Positions 57,072 through 64,000 of a stretch of DNA of 64,000 nucleotides are shown here, piece by piece. A model generated the notes under the pieces. That model saw nothing but the letters and a program-made list of their open reading frames with translations, was not told the origin of the DNA and searched no databases. Positions within the stretch are counted from its first letter, which is position 1, and each line of letters opens with the position of its first letter. The DNA is from Anthoceros angustus (lineage: Eukaryota > Plantae > Anthocerotophyta), in contig MU008163.1 in assembly GCA_010909165.1 (NCBI GenBank), forward strand, positions 1,240,001 through 1,304,000, written 5' to 3'. The position numbers and the translations under genes are program-made.

Positions 57072-60000
57072 ATGGCCTTGGGGAGCAATCCTAGTGAAGA
57101 TGGTGGGCAGCAATCGGAGAGCCCGTCCTTTGAGGTTGCCATAGTGTGCAACCTGCCGCAGACACCGGAAATCAAGCCAGTGAAAGGCACTGATCCCATC
57201 GAGTTACTCATGTTACTGTTGCGAAACAACGGTTTGATTGTGGAGAAGGTTGAAGGAATGAACAGTGATTGCTTCCTCAAGGTACTGCTCTCGAGAGACG
57301 AGCATAAGCAGTAGAGTCTCGGGATGCTTCGTTTTAATTGGAGTGCATCCAGCTTCTTGAATTAGACAGACTATCCTGGGTGTTAGCAAAGGCTGTGTTG
57401 CTAGAGTTGTTAACTGGTGACTTCATGTAAGCATAGGTTGCAGCCCCGCCTGCTGTGATTGGTAGGACGGCTGGAAGGCTACAGATCAGGAAGCCCACTT
57501 TCATCGGTATTCTACTTACTCTACAGTGGCTTTTACTGTGAGATTCTTGATCTGTTTTGTCATGTGGAAGGTTGTCACTCACTGGTTCCATTTCGATTGG
57601 CCTAGGGCTGGATGCCGTGTTTGACTGGGAGCATCAAGATGCCTTTGTCCGTCAGCCATACGACAATTCCCTGTTCAGTTGGAGTGAGCGTTATGAATGC
57701 TACGACACATTACTTCACACTGCTGTAAGAAATCTGCTGAAATTCTCATTGCACGATGTTGTGTACACCTTACCATTGCCATCAGCACAGTTCTTTCAGT
57801 AAGGCGAAAACTGTAAGGTTCATGAGTGCGCTTCCTATACGTATTAGTGCAGCTGATGTGAGCTTACAGGCACCTGAATCTGGTTCTCGGATATCAGTTG
57901 GGGAGGACGTATTGGACATCAAGCCAGGGGAGCCTTTGCTACCTCGTCTAGAGTCTGCCAATATTGTCAAGGAGATTTTTCCTCTGCATGGTAGGGGTAT
58001 CATGGGTCTATACAAACTTACATTGTCATATGAGCTGAAATTTTATTCCAGACTACCATCATCTGATGTGATATACCACTTCCCCTAGATGAAAGCAAAC
58101 GAAAGGAGCTGCTTGAGAATTGGTCATACAACTGGTTGGGCCTCACGTCACAGCCTATAGATGCAATTTACACCTACTTTGGAGCGAAGGTAATATGTCG
58201 TTCCCTGATGATCTGCGGGGCACTGTCTTTAGGCAGCGTGAATAACTCAAACTGAGTTGAGGAGTTGATTTTACTATGTTAGACAGTGGTCGGAACGACT
58301 GGCACTTATCTTGGGATGACATTTGCAGATTGGGATATACTTCGCTTTCTTAGGGATGTACACTCAATGGCTTGCCCTCCCGGCGTTGTTGGGCCTTTTC
58401 TTTTACTTCAGAAACCTTGGGTATGGTCTTGCTCCATCCATATCATGTTATCTGTTTATGGGATACCCAATTTTGACATGCTTGTGCAGGTTGCATGATA
58501 AGTACAGACTCTGTGGTCTAACTAGCCACGTATGGTTGCTCAAAACTGTTGCAGATTCTGGGAACCATATGTTCCATCTTTATTCTCAATATTTGTTGTC
58601 ATATGGGCAGTGGTCTTTCTGCAGTTCTGGAAACGCAAAAATGCAGAGCTTTTGACAAGGTAACTCAGAAGAATTTGTTTACAATGACCTATTCAGAATG
58701 CAACATTGATGGGTGGATTTTTTCTATGCAGGTGGGGAATGAGCTCTGATTATGGTGAGCACATTGTAAGCAGACACTATAACCAGCAGGAGAAAGAAAA
58801 ACTGCTAAAAGGAGTGCTCAGTGAGCATCAGCGTGTGGAGTCAAATATAATTGAGCTTGAGAATAGACTCCTCCAGAGGGATGAATGGTTGGAACAGCTC
58901 AGGAGTGTTCGCAACAACGCCATTGTTATTGCTGGGATCTTGTGTCTGCAGCTGCCTTTTGAACTTGCTTATGCGCATATCAGCAAGATCACATCTTATG
59001 ATGCTTTGAGGTAAAGGTTGATGCATTATGGTCTGGACTAACCTGGCTTGACTGTGTAGGCATGGCTTAATGCAGACTTTCGTGGATGTTTCCTTCCTCT
59101 GTTCGTGAGCCCTAATAGGTCTCTGGGATTTCTTCTGTCATGGTAGGTATGCTCTTACTGCTGTTTACGTACTATCGATTCAACTGTTTACGAGAATCGG
59201 AGGCAAAGTTGCAATGAAGCTCTCCAAAACTCAACGTTATCCCACAGAGGCTGCAAAATCTGACAGCCTTGTATACAAGGTTTGTGCATACTGGTTGTTT
59301 ATTTGCTAACTCATGTTGGTGGATGGCTTTGGGCTGAATTGATCACGAATATGGTTGTCCCTCTGTATATTGCTAATTGGCAGGTTTTTGGAATCTACTT
59401 CATGCAATCATATATCGGATTGTTCTATCATGCTTTGTTCCATAGAGACTTCAAGGTTCTGCGTCGAATCCTGACAGAAAGATTGATCGTTTCCGAGGTG
59501 TTTGGCACTACATCCCTCACTGAAATTCACTGAAATTGCTTCGGACAGTGGTCATATTCGTGTAGAACACTATGGTTATCTCTATGTGCATTGATTGCTG
59601 AGATTGCCATGCGTCTCTCCATTGTGCTTTTGACATGATTTTGTGCCATCCTGCATCTTGCAGCTGATCAACAATGTTTCGGAGAACCTTATCCCATACC
59701 TTTCTTATCGGTATAATCAGTATAAGGCTTACAAGTACGTGCTGGCACCATCCGGGTCTTAAGTCTCCTACACATCGTCCTTATACTCCAATTAGCATTT
59801 TGAATAAATTAAGCTGATAATGTCATGTGAACCAGGTCGGAGCAGGACGAGAAGAACGAAACTGGAGAGAAAAGTGAAAAACTTTACTCATCTCGAATTC
59901 ACAAAGAATACCTGAAGCCACCCTATGCAGCAAGCATTTGTGATGACTGGGAGGATGGCCTTTTCGACGGTGAGAGTCAGTGATGCTCTTCTGCAACGTA

Positions 60001-60799
60001 CTGACATTCATTGCAGGTGTCTAACAGGTCTTTTTTCTGCTTGCAGACTTCCTGGAGCTTGCTTTGCAGTTCGGCATGGTTACTATGTTTGCATGCGCGT
60101 TCCCACTTGTTTCTGCTCTTGCACTTCTTGTAAGCTCTATCCCTGGCTTTTAGCGCAGTAGTAGGATTGTGCTTTTCTGTTCAAACGGCTTCAACAGCCA
60201 CGTGGTGCATGAGCTCTCTGTTCTTGTCTTGACAGAACAACCTCATGGAGATCAGATCCGATTCATTCAAGTTACTAGCTATAATGCGACGGCCTGTGCC
60301 CCATGCGGCAGCTTCCATCGGTGCATGGCTGAATATTTTTCAGGTCGGTAGTTTAGAGTTGTAGAACCGCTAAACACCTGCCACAACCTCACAACGCTGA
60401 GCCTGACTTCACTGATGTTTATTTCGCAGCATCTTGGCGTTGTGGCAATTGTCACCAATTGTGCACTTCTAGTATGTCTGTACGATGAAGTCGGACGATG
60501 GAAGATCGAACCAGGACTTGCAGTGATTCTTGTGATGGAGCATTTGTTGCTGCTCGCGAAGTTTGGTTTCTCTTGGTTTGTCCCAGAGGTAAGGTCCACT
60601 GATCGTGACGTTGTTTTGAGTCATTCGAGGAGACAAAATGTATGTGCTCTTTACAATGAGAACAACATTTTTCCTGTCGCAGGAGCCGGCGTGGGTGAAG
60701 GCCAAACGAATGAGGCGTAACAGGATCCAAGATTGTTTCTCCCTTGAGATGCTGAGTAAATTGGAGTCGAGCAAGACTGATAAAGCTCTTCACATCTGA
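57072..60799 (+). CDS. Anoctamin/TMEM16-like protein (At1g73020-like), multi-exon
   Basis: [29 protein letters not shown]|[69 protein letters not shown]|[37 protein letters not shown]|EPAWVKA. Stop at 60797-60799. Confidence 0.95.
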
Positions 60800-61181
60800 G
60801 AATGTATATCACGTCCTCTGTACTCTTGTATTATTGCTGTTTGAAACGACTTAGCACGAATCAGAATTTCACTACTTATTCAAGAACTTCTGCAAAACTT
60901 CCGCTGGCTTCATAAAATTGTCGGCTTCAAGCTCACGTTGATGCTGTTCGAGAAGTCGTTCGGTTCACCTAGTTTTCCTGGTGCAATGACCAGAACCGTG
61001 GAATCATCAGTATCTTAATAGCCATCCCGCCGGCAACAGGAAGCGGCTCCATGGACTTCATGTTGCTGCCACTGTTGCAGGCGATGGAAGCCATGACAAT
61101 GCCGCAGTTGCAGGCGGAGGAAAGCCGGTGCCCTAATATGCTAGTCAAGGTTGCCTCGCTTCTTCGGTTGCACCGCTGAGA

Positions 61182-62303
61182 TTGCTCTGCCTAGCACGCA
61201 AGCTATGCTCGGTTGCAGATGATATCCTGGTTGTGATTTACGGCTCCCATGGCATGGGATGCAGATCAATGACGGGAACGAGGAGGAAAGGCCGGCTACA
61301 TCTCGGATACGATGTGGTGATATTTTGTTATGGCGTCCTGGTTACGTCTTTAGGAAAACGGACAAGGCATGTGAAAGACTCACAGTGCGCCTGTCATGGC
61401 GCTGCAGGAGGCGCCGCAGGAAGTGCGGGAGGGAGCGCCACAAGTGCTTCACAGCGCACTGGCAGGTGCAAGAGCAAGGGCAAGGGCAAGGGCAAGGTAC
61501 CTGTTGATGATTCCTCAGCCTGTCTTCATTCGACCAGAGTCGATGAACGGGCAGACAGCGAGGCAAGAACAAGCGGTGCGGGGCATAAGGTGCTACGGCA
61601 GCACCCTTTCCCCTTCCAGAAGCGCTCATTCAACGTTCCTGAGAGCAAAGTGGCGGCCAAGCTGCAAAAGTTGGCTCGGGTGGTGGCTTGTATGGGGAAT
61701 GACGAGATTCCGAGCATCATCGGCCGCTACCTGAGCAGCAAGGACGAGTTGAGGACCAATCACGAGGGACATTTCGTGTTTGTCTCCAGGCAGATCATTG
61801 TTCCCACGGGAAAGAATCATGTGGATGTGGCTGAAGACAGGCCAGCGGGCTCTGGCTTCGGCATGTTCTTTAAGGTCGGAAGTGAGCTGGAGTCGTCAGG
61901 GGAGGCGTTGATGGCAAGCAACGGGAAGTTCTTCGCGCCTGTACTGCCTCTGTCCTTCGGCAGGAAGAGCGACCCGAGGATGTGGTTCAATCAAAGTGCG
62001 GTGCTGGCAGACACGGGCTGCAACCAAACCACATTCGATTTCTCTCTGCTGCTGCACTTGCTCAACAGCGAATATCGGGACGAGTACGCCGCTGTTGTCA
62101 GAGGCCTCCGAGTGGTGGGAGGCATCGTGGTGGTCTTGGTCGGCAGGATGGAGATCACCTTCTGCGGGCAGTATTTCCCATCCCTCCCCATCCGGTACGC
62201 GGACCTTCCTCATGTTGCTGTCATTGGTAGGGACCTGCTCAGTGAAGGAAGGTTGTTATACGATGGCGCCAACACGCGATTGCTCGTCAGCAAACCCAGT
62301 TGA
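61182..62303 (+). CDS. Protein with a C-terminal retropepsin-like (clan AA) aspartic protease domain; true start uncertain
   Basis: Open 373-codon frame with VLADTGC (DTG at 62010), a VVGG flap-like segment and VIGRDLL..LLYDG. N-terminal part is low complexity (GA-rich, KGKGKGK). No gag/RT/integrase seen nearby. Confidence 0.7.
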   Translation: MLCLARKLCSVADDILVVIYGSHGMGCRSMTGTRRKGRLHLGYDVVIFCYGVLVTSLGKRTRHVKDSQCACHGAAGGAAGSAGGSATSASQRTGRCKSKGKGKGKVPVDDSSACLHSTRVDERADSEARTSGAGHKVLRQHPFPFQKRSFNVPESKVAAKLQKLARVVACMGNDEIPSIIGRYLSSKDELRTNHEGHFVFVSRQIIVPTGKNHVDVAEDRPAGSGFGMFFKVGSELESSGEALMASNGKFFAPVLPLSFGRKSDPRMWFNQSAVLADTGCNQTTFDFSLLLHLLNSEYRDEYAAVVRGLRVVGGIVVVLVGRMEITFCGQYFPSLPIRYADLPHVAVIGRDLLSEGRLLYDGANTRLLVSKPS

Positions 62304-62386
62304 ACTGAGTCGATTAATATTCACGACCAAAATAATTCCCCAAGTATGAATTCATCTCCTTGATTGGGGACCACTTACGAACTAAT

Positions 62387-62755
62387 CTTTTGGAGGGAAG
62401 ACTCTACCTGAACGAATCTATGGTACATAGGTATTTGAAATGAGTGTGTACACTCTCGCGGAGCTTTTGGTGGGAAGACGCTACATATGAACTAATCTAT
62501 GGTACATGGGTATTTAAAACGAGTGTGTACACTCTCGAGGAGCTTTCCAATATACTCTCTGCATTCTCTTTTGGAGGGAAGACTCTACCTGAACGAATCT
62601 ATGGTACATAGGTATTTGAAATGAGTGTGTACACTCTCGCGGAGCTTTTGGTGGGAAGACGCTACATATGAACTAATCTATGGTACATGGGTATTTAAAA
62701 CGAGTGTGTACACTCTCGAGGAGCTTTCCAATATACTCTCTGCATTCTCTTTTGG
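62387..62755. repeat. 181-bp tandem duplication built from ~80-bp subunits, overlapping the 3' end of the adjacent gene
   Basis: GGAGGGAAGACTCTACC at 62392 and 62573; GAGTGTGTACACTCTCG occurs four times. Confidence 0.93.
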
Positions 62756-63690
62756 AGAGGAGTGAGGTCGGTAAAGCGCTTCCAATCCTCGAGAACTAAC
62801 CTGAGGTCCGCAAGTTTCCTTTGGAGGCCTGTGCAGCAATTGGCGTGCATAGTGCAAACTTGGTCGAAGTCCTTGCTCACTTCGCAGAATCCTCCAAAGT
62901 AAAGCGTGTCCAGGAATTCCACCTTGATACCTATCTTCTGATAAGTCTCATCGCCCTTAATGAAATTGAACACATCTTGGTCATGCTTATGCGGATGTTT
63001 CAGCCGAGATGCGTGCCAATATTTGTAAAATTCCCGTGTTCTTTCGTTGGCGCGAACATACACAAACCCTCCATTCGGCAAGTTGCTAAGGTCTGTGGGA
63101 TGGCCGCTGTACTTATCACAGGCAATCTGGAAATCGGGTTCCTTGGAAAATATCGGGAAAGGGTTGCGCAACCACATTACGTCCGCGTCCTGCGCAGTTC
63201 ACAAGCAGTGCTGGTGAGCCGTCCTGTTGTCACTTGGTTACACTCCTAAACAAACCAAAAACACAGAACACAATGAGATGCAAATTTTGATTCCAGGAAG
63301 GTTGAAGAGTCAGCATTGTAGTCACCGTGAAGACAAAATTGTAGCCAAGATCAAGCACTCCTCGAAGAAACTCTATTCTCCGCCACATCATTTTCAAATA
63401 GTCATCTGTCATGAAAAATTTCTCCCCAGCGAAATCTACTCCCTCAGTCCTCAGACGGTAGCAGTGCTCGTGACTGTGAACACAGCGGTTGTAAGAAAAC
63501 TCATCCAGAGTCACAACGACAAGATGGTGGACAAGGTGGCTGATGTTCTCCCCCCGTTGGAAGCTGCTGAGAAACAGGTCAAACATAGAGTTCTCAACCG
63601 CCCACGCTTGATTCAAAGTTGTAATAATTACAGTTTTATCTTCAGTAGCAGCCCTCTCTAGCACTCCTTGCAAATACGGTAGCTCGCTCT
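62695..63690 (-). CDS. Nucleotide-diphospho-sugar transferase family protein (PF03407-like), 5' exon(s) not resolved
   Basis: LERAATEDKTVIITTLNQAWA..MFDLFLSSF..HLVVVTLD..YLKMMWRRIEFL..LGYNFVFT|D.DIMWLRNPF..FQIACD..NGGFVYVRAN..HDQDVFNFIK..MHANCC.GL..K.ADL. Confidence 0.92.
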
Positions 63691-64000
63691 GCACCAGACC
63701 CACACGAATTAATCAAACAATCTCTAAAGAAGTGTTCACGCTAAGGGTTAATGACCCCACCTCAGACTAATAAAACAGCTGAAATGAAACTCAAGCTAGC
63801 CAAAAAGGTACCCTATCCATTTCTGCGATGGCACCGAACCGGGCTCTGAGTTCCAGGAATATGCGTATTACTGACCATTTTCCGTATGGAAAAAAGGGTC
63901 AATAATACGCGTACACCCGTGACCTGTGGCAATGGCACCCTGGTGGCACAGGGCCGAGTGGCTACCGAAATAAAGCCTGCAGAGATCCCCTCACCTGCCA

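Overview
Eukaryotic nuclear DNA from a gene-dense land-plant genome with short introns and roughly 50% GC. A SAXO/STOP axonemal gene points to a lineage with flagellated sperm; a Selaginella-like lycophyte is my inference, not proven. 1-16 kb is a rearranged zone of decayed segmental duplicates: NRPB4 and SAXO pseudogenes, one intact F-box gene plus F-box remnants, a triplicated pectin-methylesterase/LRR-like chimera, a peroxidase pseudogene, a truncated CACTA element and a fragment of a beta-class N4/N6 DNA methyltransferase. At 16-30.5 kb an LTR-retrotransposon 5' remnant is interrupted by a ~12-13 kb cut-and-paste element. This element has 35-bp TIRs, a 4-bp TGCA target-site duplication, a Sola-like transposase on the minus strand and a convergent second gene (coiled coil, RING-H2, acidic heptad repeats, and a C-terminal domain paralogous to the transposase tail); it is the strongest novelty candidate. 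31-34 kb holds an intronless ASK20/21-type SKP1 relic between long inverted repeats. 35.6-64 kb holds mostly ordinary genes: F-box, NRPB4 (with a U12-type intron), SAXO, an SLC35A-type nucleotide-sugar transporter, a small plastid-type membrane protein, a LisH/CTLH-WD40 protein, tRNA-Ile(AAU), anoctamin, a stand-alone retropepsin-like aspartic protease ORF and a nucleotide-diphospho-sugar transferase. RLE-type non-LTR, pogo-like and PPR relics lie between them. All homology calls come from recognising motifs by eye; no database search was run.
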